Program-made: the position numbers and the translations under genes
Notes under the pieces: generated by a model
The model's database searches: none
Seen by the model: only the letters and a program-made list of their open reading frames with translations
What the model was told of the DNA's origin: nothing
Shown: piece by piece, positions 29,032-43,418 of the stretch
Position numbering within the stretch: the first letter of the stretch is position 1
Layout of the letters: every line of letters starts with the position of its first letter
Assembly (NCBI RefSeq): GCF_009914755.1
Contig: NC_060947.1
Length of the DNA stretch: 64,000 nt
Source of the DNA: the human T2T-CHM13v2.0 reference genome, Homo sapiens
Reading direction: 5' to 3' (one strand)

Positions 29032-29527
29032 TGTGTACTAAATTTTAGGTGTCAACCTGACAAGATGAAATAATACCTGGAAACCTGGTTAAGGATTATT
29101 TTTGGTGTGTATGTGAGGTTGTTTACAGAGAAGATTAGTGTGTGAATCTGAGTGGATTAGGTAGGGAAAATCTGCCCTTGTTATTGGTCAACATCATCCA
29201 ATCACCTGGGGCCTGGAGAGAAAAAATTTAGAAGGAGAATTTGTCTCTCCCTGAGAACTAAAATAGTCTTCTTCCGGTGCCTCAGTCATCAGAATTTTAG
29301 GCTTGCCAGCCTTTGGATTGCAGAATTTACTGCAGCCTCCCTAGGTTCTGAGGCTTTTAAAATCCTGAACAATTCTACCAGCATCCCAGGGTCTCCACTT
29401 GCATAAAGCCTGTCATTGGACTTCCCAGCTATCATAATTACATGAGCCATTTCCCCTAAGTTCTCTGTCATATATCTACATACATATCCTATTGCTTATT
29501 ACTCTCTGGAGAACCATGGGTTATACA
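29032..29527 (+). mobile_element. MLT2 (ERVL) LTR
   Basis: tgtgtactaaattttaggtgtcaacctgac...gagaagattagtgtgtgaatctgagtgga...ctctctggagaacc...ataca. Confidence 0.85.
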
Positions 29528-29585
29528 GACTTGGCATAGGGGGAAGCTGAATATCATTCCTTCTTATTGTGTTTCTTACAAGACA

Positions 29586-30972
29586 ATGAATGGGATCTCT
29601 GAAATTATTACCTTTTAAAAAGGCTATGATTAGTTAAATGTACAAGGTTACTTAACGCCGAATGATACAAGTTTACATGTTAATTATAATTGGTGCTGCA
29701 AAAGCAAAAATCTGCTTAATTCTACCAGCTGAGCAATAACCAGACTTTTAAATGGACAGCATATACTTACAAAATTTGTAGACCAGAAGCACTCTCCAAA
29801 TACAAGTGCAGTGAGTATTTCAAAGATCACAGAATAAGTAAAAATGCAGGTGAAAAACACAAGAACTCTCCCCTGCCAAATTATTCAATCATGTATTTCT
29901 GCTCCTTCATACATAGGTGCCATACTTGCCTTCAAAAAATGCCTGTCAGAGAATATAAAGAATTCCACAAGCTCAGCGACCTTCTGAACCAAAGATACTT
30001 GTTCATATTTTGGTTTCTTCAGTGTTACAAAACACATTAAATGGTAAACTTCTCTGATTTTCTTATATTTACCACTAACCCTAATATAGAAATATGCTTC
30101 GCTGTGTCTAATGAATGGCACTTCCAACTGTCCCCACTATTTTTTATTAACTATGTACAATTAATACCCTGGTTGAATCCAAAAATTTTAGAACTTTTCT
30201 ACTCATTTTTGTATTAATAACTCAAAATAGTAAAGCATTTTGTAAATGCTCATTTGAAGATCTGGTGAACTTTGCAGAAAAAAAAAATAAATTTTCAAAC
30301 CACAATGGCAGTTTTGAGTAAGTGTGGCCAGAGCTTCTACAAGTGAATTTCAAAATGTTACCAATCAAGTTTTTTTTCCATTAACCTCAATGCATTTGGT
30401 AAAAATTCTAATGAATGGATTGGTCACACAGCATGACAATGACAAAAGCTTCAGTTTAAAAATGTATCATTTGCCTGCATTGGCATTCCTTCAAGCTTAT
30501 AACATCCCAGGAACTTTTCAGGAATTAAAACAGCATTTGTCCGAAAGGTCGGTGTAGTTAACTACAAGTTCAAAAATACTTTTGTGTATGGTAGTATAAG
30601 AAGCCACTTATTTAATAGTGTTGCTGTTTGGCCAGTGTTGTTTATATCAAATTTGTGGCCTATAATTGAGTGCATACAGACTGGATTTTTTGCATAACCA
30701 AAACAATATAGAAGCATTGCACATAAAATGGGAAAATTTAATCAGAAATGCTCATGTTGTTGTATATCAAATCATGAAAGAATTTCAAGAAAAGGCAATG
30801 CCATGTAGTGGCAAATGAATGTGATCATATTCTCTGAGGACAGCCATTTCCTAAAAGAAAAAAGGCAGCTATTCATTAAGACACAATATTTCAAAATATA
30901 GTTAATGATCATAAAAGTCAGTTATCTCTTAGGGAGTATCTCTGTGAAACTGCCCATAAACTATCCCTGTGA
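29586..30972 (+). pseudogene. Decayed MULE transposase (FLYWCH-like N-terminus plus DDE core)
   Basis: Hand translation from ATG 29586: MNGISEIITF*KGYD*LNVQGYL...YNWCCKSK...AITRLLNGQHILTKFVDQKHSP. LMNGT near 30108 corresponds to the DGTF motif and NQNNIEALH near 30696 to the catalytic E region. Multiple stops and frameshifts. Confidence 0.75.
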
Positions 30973-31997
30973 TACACTTTTTCATATGTTAAAAATTTTC
31001 TTTTTAGTCATTTTTATCTTCTTTTTCTTTTTTCAGGTTTCTTCACTATTTTAAATTATCAGTACTTTTTTTTGCAATTTGCTATACTATATTTCATCTT
31101 CACTTCATTTCCAATACTGGAGGTTGAAATTGTGTAGAGACTTTTGGAGGGTTCTAATTGATTTTATGTATTTTTTATAAATTTGATGCCACAAAAGTGC
31201 ATTATCACAATGTTGACTTTGTATGTAAGTATTATGTATGTATATAAAATGTTGAAACTTCCCCAAAATAGGCATATAGACCAATGGAACAGAATAGAGA
31301 ACCCAGAAATAAATGAAGAGATGTCCTATCCTGTATTTTGTTGAATCTACATATACAGATCATTTGGGGGAGAAATTTAACTTTATAATATTGTTTTCTA
31401 ATTTGTGGTCATAATATATCACTTAATTCAAGCAGGAATTTTTCTTGGACCAGTTAGAGAATTGAGGTGACAGTGCCAAACTGCCACTGAAAACTTGAAG
31501 TGAATGATGAATTCAGAAGCCACAGCGGATATCAGCTTACCTAGAGAAGAAGATAGAACCATAAACTGACAGGATCACTAAAACAATAATTATAAAAAAT
31601 TGATGGAGGCTGAGTGTGCACTACAGCAAAAGTGATAAATGTCTGGGGGTCATATTTCTAAGGGAAAGTCCACATTTTTGTAAGTTTTACCTCCAGGAAC
31701 TCACCAGTTTCTCATGGTAAAGAGAAAAAAAAAAACCCTAAAATCTTCCTTTTTATGGCAAGGAGATGGAAAAGGTAACCATTTAAAATATGCACAACAT
31801 ATTCATCGTGACAAAGGGCATTTCTGCAAAAGAAATAATTTCACCAAGGTCTCATCCAAACTAGAAGAAAGACACTTAACCAAGTTTATCTCCTTCTAGG
31901 CTTTCTGTCTTATCTAGGTGGAAAACAAATAGCTATAGAACCACAGAGGACATGTGAAAGTCACAACCCAGGGACACGAGCACTCTAAATGACTTAG

Positions 31998-32340
31998 ATT
32001 CTTCCCAGCTTCACTGAGGTATAATTGACAAATAAAAATTGTATATATTGAAGGTCTACCACATGACATTTTGAAATATGTATACGTTGTGAAATGCTTA
32101 CCACAATAAAGCTAATTAACATATCCATTACTCACATAGCTACTTTTTCTTGTGTGTGTGGTAAAAACTTAAGATCTACTCTCTTAGCAAGTTTTAAGTA
32201 TATAATACATTGTAATTAACTGTAGTCCCCATGCTGTACATAAGATCTTCAAAAGTTATAAATCTTATAACCTCAAGTTTGTACCCTTTTACCAATATCT
32301 CATTTCCCCCATTCCTGATCTCTGGTAACCACCCTTCTAA
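31998..32340 (-). mobile_element. L1MA-type (late, MA9/MA10-like) 3' end
   Basis: cagcttcactgaggtataattgacaaataaaaattgtatatatt...aagatctactctcttagcaag...ctggtaaccacccttcta. Confidence 0.75.
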
Positions 32341-32800
32341 ACTGTAAAATGATATAGTGTTATGTGAAAGTAAGCTACATTGTGAACTCTGGGGAAACCA
32401 ATAACAAAATCAAGAATAAGAATAATTGATGTGATAAAAGAGAAGAGAAAATAAAGATACATAAAATGATGAATTAAAATCAAAAAGACAGAAAAAAGAT
32501 AACAAAACTAAAAACAAAGAACAAGTGTAAGAAATAGAAAACAATTAACAAGTGTGTTAGATATTAATCTCATTATATCAATAATCACTCTAAATGTGAA
32601 TGGTTAAAACTTACCAATGTAAAGACAGACTTTCAGAGTAGATAAAAAGAAAGATTAAACTGTTGTTTATAAGAAATCCTCTCTAAATATAAAGACGCAG
32701 ATAGATTAAAAGTATAGAAATGTAGGAAAAGATGCCATGATAACACTAGTTTAAGAAAAGGATGGCTTAGCTACACTGATTTCAGACAGAGTAGATTTCA

Positions 32801-33178
<378 letters not shown>

Positions 33179-35428
33179 TTAATTTTCTACAAATACACAG
33201 TAGTCTTTAATATATATGTATTTAATGAGAGATCATCAGAATACCTAAGGCAAGCTTTGGAACAGTGACATCGGGAATGTGGCAGAGTAGGAGATACCTG
33301 CTTTCATCCTCCTCCTCCACCACCACCACCACCACCACCAACAAAACAACAAACCATAAACAAAAATAGCCTTGACAGGGCTTAAGGATCCTTTGCAGAA
33401 TAAACAGTAACAAAGTAGAAAAAAAAAACGGAAAAAAACTGCACAGAAAGGATATATGATGAAAGTGGCATATCTGTAATGTCTGGAGATGACTAAGAGT
33501 GAAGAAGTGTGATGGCTATCCGTGTCAGCCACATGTTGGGTTCCACTGCAGACTCCAATGGCCTCATCAGCAGAGGATACTGGCACCTTTCATCACTGAG
33601 GTAACAAATAGCCATCACCACTGCAGACCCCCATAGAGGAAGATGTGGTTGCACCATGGCCACCCAGAGGTAAAAACTGTGCTACTCTAGGACTGAAGCT
33701 GCCATCCCTCCCAACCCTGTGCATGCTGCTCCCCCCCACCAAGCGCCACAGAGATGTAGCCACTTCACCAGTGTCCACATTCTAGACCGTGGCTCTGTAA
33801 TCTCTCTGTGCTTACCAGTGAACATCCACATCTTAAACACTGGAACTACCATAGTTAAGGACTAGCACCATCATAGGCCCTAAACCCTACAGTTACTCTG
33901 TTTTTGCATAAACTACAGGTCATTGCCCTGTAGCCACCCCATGAAAATAATGTATCTGGTGTTTGAGCCACACTCACAGCTAACCCATTCTCCAGTCCCT
34001 AAGGCTACTATAGCCATTCATGTGCTAACACTCCAAACTCCAGCCCCATTGCTGTACTGCATGCACCTGCACCTAAAACTCAGAAACAATGTTACTATGA
34101 GATAGTCTGCACAGAAAACTGCATTGCTATTGTTGTCCTACACACATTTGTGCTCCATACTTCAATTCCCCAACTACTTCACAAACACCTATACCTCACA
34201 CATTATTACCAATATGGCAATGAGGGTTTCTGTACACGAGGCACCATTGTCATGGCAGCCCAGGACCCTAGAGTCTTGATCTTTCCATGTGTGCCCATGC
34301 TTCAGATCCAAGCTCCATGGCTGCTTCTTAGGCAATGTTCATGAGACACCAGGGGAAACATGCCATTAAGCTGGATCCAGTGCTAATAAAGATCATCAGG
34401 GCCATGACTTCTCTGGTAGAAAAAAAAAAATGATGAGAAAGACCCAACAGCCTTCACCATTAAAAACTTTAATGGCCTTCATCACCACTGCAGATACTTT
34501 CAGCCTTGGCTGTTAAAAACCACTGCAATCTTTGCCAACGTCAAACTTAGCTGGGAGATTTGCATGGAAACTATGCTGCTGTGCCCAAACCAGAGCCAGA
34601 ACCTCCACAACCACTCAAACAGTGTCCTTTCAACTACCTACCGAGGAAAGACTTTCCTCATGGAAAGTATTTCAATAAACTCTGGAAGAGGCGACTACTC
34701 CATCACATGTGCAGATATCAATGCAAGGCAGTGAGAAACATGAAAAACCAAGGAAACATATTACTACTAAAGAATACAATAATTTCCCCGTAACGGACCA
34801 CAAAAAATGGAGATCTTTAAATTGCCTGAAAAATAATCCAAAATAATTGTTCTAAGAAACCTCAGCAAATTTCAAAAGAAAACAGAGACAATTTAACAAC
34901 ATCTGTAACATAATAAATGAACAAAATAAGTTTAACAAAAAGATTAAAGCTGTATAAGAAATTACCAAAGAGAAGTTCTGGAACTAAAAATCAAAATGAA
35001 GGAAATGAAAAATGTAATAGAGATTATCAATAGCAGATTTCATCAAACAGAAAGAACAATCTATTAACTCAAATGTGGGTTATTTGAAAATATACAATCA
35101 GTTTTTAAAAGTAAAAAGAATGAAGAAAGTATGGACTTTATGGGACAGCATCAAAATGGCTAACTTTCACATCACAAGAATTTGAGATGGAAAAGACAGA
35201 GAGAAATGGACAGAAATATTATTTAAATAAATAATGGCTGAAAGCTTCTCAAATCTAGAGAAAGATTTAAATACTCAGGTACAAAGAGCTCAAAAGTCTC
35301 CAATCTGTTCAATTCACACAAAACTACACAAAGTCATATTGTAAACAAATTGACAAAAGTATAAGGCAATGAGAGATTCTTGTAAGCAGGAAGAGAAAAT
35401 TTTACAAACTCACATAAAAAGGAACATC

Positions 35429-35777
<349 letters not shown>

Positions 35778-37433
35778 CTATCAAATAAAATCCAGGACCT
35801 GATAGCCTCATTGCTGAATGCTACCAAACATTTTATGAAGAATACCAATCCTTCTCAAATTCTTCCAAAAAAAAATGAAAAGAAACACTTAAAATTGTCA
35901 TTTAATGAGGCCAGCATTACTCTGATACCAAACCTGACAAAGACACTACAAGAAAAGAAAGAGGATGATGACCCTGATGAACACAGATGCAAAAGTCTTC
36001 AACAAAACACTAGCAAACTAAATTCCACAACACATTAAAAAGATCATATAACATCATCAAGTTGAAGTTACCCTTGAGATGCAAGAATGTTTCAACATCT
36101 GAAAATCAACAAATGGAACACACCACATTAACAGAATGAATCATCTCATGAGATGTAGAAAAATCTTTGGATAAAATTGAAGATATTTCATTATAAAAAC
36201 TCACAACAAATTAAATATAGAAGAAATGTACCTAAACACAAGAAAGACCATGTATCACAAGCCCATGGCTAACATCATACTCCACAGTAAAAAGTTGAAA
36301 GCTATTTCTGTAAGATCAGGAAGAATTCAAGGATGCACACTCCTGCCACTTTTATTCACCATAGTACTGGAAGTCCTAGCAAAAACAATTAGGTAAGAAA
36401 AGAAAATAAATGTCATCCAAATCATAAAGAAAACAGTAACATCTCTGTTTGCAGATGTCAGGACATTATATATGGAATACACTAAACACTACACCAAAAA
36501 TAGTTAGAACTCATTAAAAATCCCATAAAATTGCAGAATAAGAAATGAACACACAAAATCATTTGTATCTCTATATGTTAACATTGAACTATCTAAAGAG
36601 AAATTGAGAAGAAAATCCCATTTACAATTGCATGCATCAAAAAGAATAAAATATCAAAAAATAAATTTAACCAAGGAGGACAAAGTTGTATACACTGAAA
36701 ACTATAAAATATTAATGAAAGAAATTGAAGAAGGCAAAAATAAATAAAAAATATGTCCATGCATGCTATTGGAAAGATTTTATACTGCCAAAATTTCCAT
36801 GCTACCCCAAGTGACCTACAGATTCAATGCTATATGAACAATAAGATCCTAAAATTTGCATGAACCAACAAAAGACCTGAATAGCACATGCACTCTTGAC
36901 CAAGAACAACAAAGCAAGAGTCATGACACGCTCTAATTTCAAAATATATTAGAAAACTATGGGAATAAAAACACTCTGGTACTGGCATGAAAACAGACAC
37001 ACAGACCAGTAGAACAGAACAGAAAGTTGAGAAATAAATGCAATCATGTATGTTGAACTTACGTTTCTCAGTGTTGCCAAGAATACACAATGGGGAACAA
37101 ATTGTCTCTTCCACAAATGCGGTTGGAATAATTAGATATTCATATAGAAAAGAATAAAATTCAACCCTTATCTTACAATATACACAAATATCAACTCAAA
37201 ATAGATTAAAGACACATGTAATACTTGAAACTATAAATTACCTAGGGTAACACAAAGGGGAAAAGGACTATGATTTTGGTCTTGGCAATGATTTTTTGAA
37301 TAAAACAGAAGCATACAGTACGAAGGATTCCCAAAAAATTAAAATTGTTATCTGATCCAGAAATCCCACTTCCGGGTATATATGCAAAGGAAATCATACC
37401 ACCTTCTAGAAAAGATATCTGCCTTCTATTATT

Positions 37434-37744
37434 GTTATTATTATTTTGTTGTTGTTGTTGTTGAGATGGAGTCTCGCTCTGTTGCCCAGGCTGGAGTGCA
37501 GGGGCTCAATCTTGGCTCACTGCAACCTCTGCCTCCAGGTTTCAAGCGGTTTTCCTGCCTCAACCTCTTGAGTAGCTAGGACTATAGGCAGCTGACACCA
37601 TGCTTGGCTAATTTTTGTATTTTTAGTAGAGACAGTGTTTCACCATGTTGCCCAAGCTGGTCTTGAACTCCTGACCTCAGGTGATCTGCCCTCCTTGGTC
37701 TCCTAAAGTGCTGTGATTACAGGCAGGAGCCACCATATCCGGCC
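37434..37744 (-). mobile_element. Full-length AluSx-like element
   Basis: Reverse Alu with a (TTG)n/(TTA)n tail. TSD tgccttctattatt / tgcattctattatt. Confidence 0.93.
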
Positions 37745-37871
37745 TGCATTCTATTATTAATTGAAACATTATTTGTGGTAGCCAAGATATAGCAGCAACC
37801 TAAGTGTCCATCAATGAATAAATGAAGAAAGAAAATGTGATAAATATGTACACAATGGAATATGATACACA

Positions 37872-38010
37872 AAAGACAAATGCTTGAGAGGATGGCTACC
37901 CCATTTCATATAGTGTGATTATTACACATTTCATGCCTGCATCAAATCATCTCATGTACCCCAAAATATATACACTTACTATGTACCCACAAAACAAAAA
38001 ATTAAAAATT
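37872..38010 (+). mobile_element. L1MA-type 3' terminus
   Basis: aaatgcttgagaggatggctaccccattt...tctcatgtaccccaaaatatatacacttactatgtacccac followed by an A-rich tail. Confidence 0.75.
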
Positions 38011-38539
38011 AGTAAAACACCAATGTATAAAAAGGTCAAATCTTCATTTGTAGATCTACAATATATAATTTAAATATTTCATTTATACCTCATTGAAGCT
38101 GGAAATAACAATATTATTCAATCTATATATACTCATCTTTTGAAGTTGTCTGATTAAAGAATATAGAAATAAAAGGCATATACAATGTGTTCAGCTATTG
38201 TAAGAATAAATTGATAATTCTTAAAAAATAAAAATAAAAATAACAGTAACTTTTTATTTGTAATGAAAAATTAATCACTATTAACAATTGTGTGACAGAA
38301 TTGTTTTCTTCTCTAATCAAGAGCCCACAAATATTTTAAGCATATTTTGGGAATGCTGTAGAAAATAAGATGAAGAAATGAAAATCTATGCTAAATTTGC
38401 AGACTTTATATATTAATTGACAACATTATTATACTTCTGTCTCAGAGCATTTCAGCAATATTTGTAAAATGGAAGCCTATGGACACAGTATCTATTCCTG
38501 GTGTTCTCCTTCAGTGCACAATCTTGCTACCTAAATTTT

Positions 38540-39935
38540 TAAACATTATTTATTTATTTATGTGTATATAGTATGTGTATATATTTATGGGGTACATGAG
38601 GTGTTTTAATACAGGCATTCAAATTGTAATAATCATGTCATGTAAAATGGAGTATCCATATCCTCAAGCATTTATCTTTCTGTTACACAAAAATTCTGTT
38701 CTTTTAGTTAGTTTTAAACATATAATTAACTTATTGACCACAGTCACCCTGTTGTGATATCAAATACTAGGTCTCATTTATTCTTTCTAACATTTTTGTA
38801 CCCATTAACCATCCCCACTTGCCCCTGACACTCCCAATACCCTTCCCAGCTTCTGTTAACCATTCTTCTACACTTTCTCTTCATGAATCCAATTGTTTTG
38901 AATTTTAGATTCTACAAATAAGTGGGAACATGTGATATTTGTCTTTCTGTGCCTGGTTTATTTCACTTAGCATAATGACCTTCAATTCTATCCATATGAT
39001 TGCTAGATCATATGACAGCTCAATATTTAGTTTATTGAGGAAGCTCCAAACTATTCGCCATAGTGGTTGTACTAATTTACATTTCCACCAACAACGTAAG
39101 AGGGTTCCCTTTTCTCCACATCCTTGCCAGCGTATGTTATTGCCTGTGTTTTGGATATAAGCCATTTTAACTAATCTCATTGCAGTTTTGATTTGCATTT
39201 CTCTGATGATCATTGACGTTGAGCACCTTTTCATATGCCTGTTTGCCATTTGTATTTCTTCTTTTGAAAAATGCCTATTCAGATATTTTGCCCATTTTTC
39301 AGTCAGATTATTAGATTTTTTCCTATAGAGCTGTTTGACCTCCCTATATATTCTGGTTATTAATCCCTTCCTAGATGTGTAGTTTGCAAATATTTTCTCC
39401 CAATTTGTAGGTTGCCTTTTCATGTTGTTAATGGTTTCCTTAATCATTTCCAGCTTTGTTGTGCAGAAGCTTGTTAACTTGATGTAATCTTATTTGTCCA
39501 TTTTTGCTTTGGTTGCCTATGCCTGTGGAGTACTGCACAACAAATGTTTACCCAGACCAATGTCCTGGAGAGTTCTCTTCATGTTTTCTTGCTGTAGTTT
39601 CACAGGTTGAGGTCTTTGATTTAAGTCTTTGATACATATTGATTTGATTTTTGTATAAGGCAAGAGATAGGGGTCTAGTTTCCCTCTTCTGCAGATGAAT
39701 ATCTACTTACCCCGGAACCATTTATTGAAGAGACTCTTTTCCTCAGTGTATGTTGTTGTCACTGTTGTATAAAATGAATTCACTGCATGTCTGTGGTTTT
39801 TGTTCTGGGTTCTCTCTGCTGTTCCATTTGTCTATGTGTCTGTTGTTATTACAGTACCATGCTGTTTTGGTTACTATAGGTCTGTAGTATAATTTGAAGT
39901 CAGTTTTGTTCTTTTTGCTTAGGATAGCTCCAGCT

Positions 39936-39988
<53 letters not shown>

Positions 39989-42510
39989 TTTTATATAAAT
40001 TTTAGGATTATCTTCTATCTTTGTGAGGAATGTCATTGTTATTTTAATAGAGATTTCATTGAATTTGTAGATTGCTTTCGGTATTATGGACATTCTAACA
40101 ATGTTGATTCCTCCAATTCAAGAATGTGGAATATCTTTGCAATTGTTGGTATTCTCTTCAATTTCTTTCATTAGTGTTTTATAATTGTACTTAGAGAGAT
40201 CTTTTAATTCTTCATGTAAGCTAATTTCTAAGAATTTAGTTTTATTTTTTGTGATTATAAATTGAATTACATTTGATTTCCTTTTCAGATTGTTCACAAT
40301 TGCCATATATAAATGCTACAGATTTTTGCATATTGATTTTATATCTGTGATTTTACTAGATTTGTTATCACTTCTAGTAGTTTCTTGGTGGAGTCTTTAG
40401 GTTTTTCCAAGTATGAGATCATACCATCTGCAAACAAGAACAATTTGAATTATTTATTTTTAATTTGAAAGCCATTTATTCCTATCTCTTGTTTGTTGGC
40501 TCTAGGTAATACTTCCAGTGCTATGTGGAAGAACAGTGGTGAAGGTGGGCATTCTTTTCATGTTTCAGATCTTAAAGGAAAGGCTTTCAGTTTTTCCCCA
40601 TTCAGTATGATAATAGCTGTGGGTCTGTCATATATGGCTTTTATTAGGTTGAGGTATATTATCTCTGTGTCCACTGTTTTCAGGGTTTTATTATGAAGGG
40701 ATATTTAATGTTATCAAATGCCTTTTCAGCATCAATTGAAATGTTCATATAACTTTTGTGCTTCATTTTGATGATGATTTATCACATTGATTTGTGCATG
40801 TTGAACCATCCTTGCATCGCAGTGACAAATCCCACTAGGGTATGATGAATGATCTTTTAAATATATTGTTGAATTATATTTGCTAGTATTTTCTTGAGGA
40901 TTTTTGCATCAATATTCGTCAGGGATATTTGTCTATAGTTTTCTTTTGTGGAGGTGTCTTTGGTTTTTGTATTAGGGTAATACTAGCCTCATAAAAGGAG
41001 GTTGGAAGTATTTTCTCCTCCTCTAACTTTCAAAATTACTTGACTATGATTGGTATTACATCTTCATTAAATGTTTGGTGGAATTCTGCAGTGAAGCTAT
41101 CATGTCCTGGGTTTTTCTTTACTGGGATAATTTTTATTATGGCTCTGATGTCATTACTTCTTATTGGAAAATTCAGGTTTTGGATTTCTTCATGGTTAAT
41201 TATTGGTAGATTGTATGTGTCTAGGAATTTTTCCACATGTGGGGAGTACTGCCAGACTACCTCCGATGTTCCCTTATGGCCCAAAGGCTCTTCAATCAGC
41301 TTGTGGTAAATGCTGCCTCACTTGGACTCCCCCTTTAGGGCAGTAGGTTCTCCTCTCACAAAGAGCTGGTCTAGTAATGTCTTCCAAGAGCCCAGTCCTG
41401 GAACTGGAGACCCCAATAGCCCACTTGATCCTCTACCCTTCTGTGTTTAAGCTGATCTCTAAAGTGCAAGACAATGTGCCCTTTACTTTTCCTTCCATTT
41501 TTCTCAAGTGGAAGGAGTCTCTCACCTTGTATCCACCTCAGCTGGGAATATGCTAAGTCTCACCTGAAGCCTCCAAATCTGAGTCTCACCCAAGGTCTTT
41601 GATGTAGTACCTGGATATTACTGCTGGTTATTCAGGGTCCAAGGGCTCTTCAGTTAGCAAGTGACAAATGCTGGTAAAACTGCATCTTTTTCTTCATGTC
41701 AGAGGGCTCCCTTCAGACCCAGGGTGTCTAGAAATGTTATCTGGGATTGAGGTCCTGGAAAGGGAGCCTAACAACTGTGATTGGTACCCTATCCTGCTGT
41801 GGCTGAGCTGGTATTCAAGATGCAGATAAAGTCCTCCCCACTCTTTCCTCTCCTGTCTTCAAATAGAAGGAAGCAGTCTCTTTTGGAGCCATGAGATGTG
41901 TAGCCTGGGGTCAGAAGAGGGGCGATTCCAGCACTCTCTTAGCCACCCTACCTGGCATCTCAATAGGTCATGTGTCCCTGCCCCCAGTCCACCAGCTCTG
42001 GGCCTAGTTTAGTACAGGGACTTGCCTAGGAGTTGCAGCCTTTGTGACAGAGGCTACCTTTCAAATTTATTTCAGCTCTCAGTAGTGAGGCCTGCTGGAA
42101 GTCAAATTTGGACTACTGGGATTGGCAATTCCCCTCTGGCTAGGGCAGGCTTAAATGCTCCCTCCGTGGGCAGGTGTCAGCTAAGTTTGGTCCAGTTTTG
42201 CTTCTGCTATAACAGGGCAGCACTGAGTCAATCCCTTCCCCCACGACAACAACAACAACAAAAATGCTCTTCACACCACACTAGCACTGCCAGTGGGTGG
42301 AAAGAGGGGTGGCATTGGTGATTCAAGACTGTTTTTCCTACCTTTTCACTGTCCCTTTCAGCAATAAGTAGTTGAAACCAGGTACTTTGAGTACTCAGCT
42401 GATTTTTGTTTCTTACAAAGGGGCTTTTTGTGTGTAGATAGTTGTTAAATTGGTGTCGTTGGGTGGGGGCCAATCAGTGGCACCTTCTATGCTGCTGCCA
42501 TCTTGCTCCC
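38540..42510 (-). mobile_element. L1MA-type element (MA2-like 3' end, ORF2 C-terminal half, 5' UTR) with a large internal deletion
   Basis: ORF 38905-39447 matches the ORF2 C-terminus ([14 protein letters not shown]...HMKRCSTS...[12 protein letters not shown]). At ~41237 ORF2 jumps into the 5' UTR, which ends gccatcttgctccc at 42510. Confidence 0.87.
39940..39987 (+). repeat. (TG)n microsatellite
   Basis: About 24 perfect TG units. Confidence 0.97.
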
Positions 42511-43037
42511 ATTCTGAGTTTGCTCCGAGAATATTTAATTTCAGCTCCAAAGTAGATTGCACAACAACTAATCAAGAGAAAAAAATCTGCATTCTAAATG
42601 AATCAAACACCTTTCATTAAAATAAAAGGACTGCCAAGAACAGATTAAAATGTTGGGCCTTAGCCCAGGATAGAATTTCTATCTAGGTCAAGGAACTCAC
42701 TCTTACCGTTTCTAAGTGGGAAGAATGTGAATCCTTTAAGAAATAAAACACTTCGTAGTAAACAAACATTCTATAGATTTGAAGATACATGAAAATAACA
42801 ACTCCATTTTTGTACTTTTATTTACAAAATTAATTTAGAAGCATAATTCCTAATTCAAATAACTACTTCCTAATGTCTTCCTATATTCCATCACAATAAA
42901 TACCTCCAATTCCCAGGGCATAGCAAACAGCAAAAACGATAACAGTAACAAAACTAGTTATATATTAGTTGCTGTCTGTTCAAGGTTGATCAAGAAGTAG
43001 ATTCTAAATTTTCCACAAAGAGGTCTCTAAAGCATAA

Positions 43038-43418
<381 letters not shown>

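Larger units (their letters stand above)
28980..31327 (+). mobile_element. Ricksha-type MULE/MuDR fossil with adjacent HERV-L 3' end plus MLT2 LTR
   Basis: 28980-29030 resembles the ERVL internal 3' end and 29032-29527 is an MLT2 LTR. 29586-30972 is a decayed transposase, including ORF 30324-30557 (FSLKMYHLPALAFL). 30973-31327 matches recalled Ricksha 3' sequence (aaagtgcattatcacaatgttgactttg). Confidence 0.8.

Noticed and set aside
38905-39447. Longest ORF (180 aa)
   Set aside because: It is the L1 ORF2 C-terminus read across an internal deletion. The rest of the element is broken.
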